From contig OX597817.1 of NCBI GenBank assembly GCA_951406725.2, positions 118,978,001 to 119,042,000 on the forward strand: DNA of 64,000 bases, written 5' to 3'. This DNA comes from Octopus vulgaris. Taxonomy: Eukaryota. The translations under genes were made by a program, and so were the position numbers. How positions within the stretch are numbered: the stretch's first letter is position 1; each line of letters begins with the position of its first letter. The notes beneath the pieces are model-generated. The model saw only the letters and a program-made list of their open reading frames with translations. It was not told where the DNA came from and did not search any database. Below, piece by piece: positions 63,991 to 64,000 of the stretch.

Positions 63991-64000
63991 ATGGTTGAAA

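Overview
This is AT-rich, microsatellite-saturated eukaryotic DNA. Its SINE repertoire and (TA)n/(TAGA)n/(TATG)n content strongly suggest a coleoid cephalopod, most likely Octopus (inferred from repeat recognition, not a database search). I find no supportable host protein-coding gene. Almost all ORF-track entries are translated simple repeats or repeat-element sequence, so the window looks like a large intron or intergenic region. It contains: (i) more than 30 copies or fragments of four tRNA-headed SINE types, labelled A, B, C and R here, with module swapping and permuted or nested multimers; (ii) about 12 copies of an old non-tRNA dispersed element (D); (iii) decayed RTE-clade LINE fragments, including a 1.6 kb reverse-transcriptase pseudogene at 22660-24295 and a 3' end with a C2H2 finger at 31635-31775; (iv) two non-autonomous Helitron-like elements, a piggyBac-type MITE, a mariner end, a 530 bp TIR element and a solo-LTR candidate; (v) several short Penelope-like elements carrying minimal hammerhead-ribozyme motifs next to (TA)n tracts, one with an intact catalytic core (52869-52910) and a family with a variant CUGUNGA core. 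The best leads are the hammerhead set, recurrent tail-to-internal SINE-A junctions inside one target-site duplication (61295-61858; same junction at 1775), a perfect 45 bp hairpin (54855-54950), a candidate 12 nt microexon (43859-43870) and a regularly spaced CTTGAGTGGAAA cluster (702-870). Boundaries of degenerate elements are approximate.
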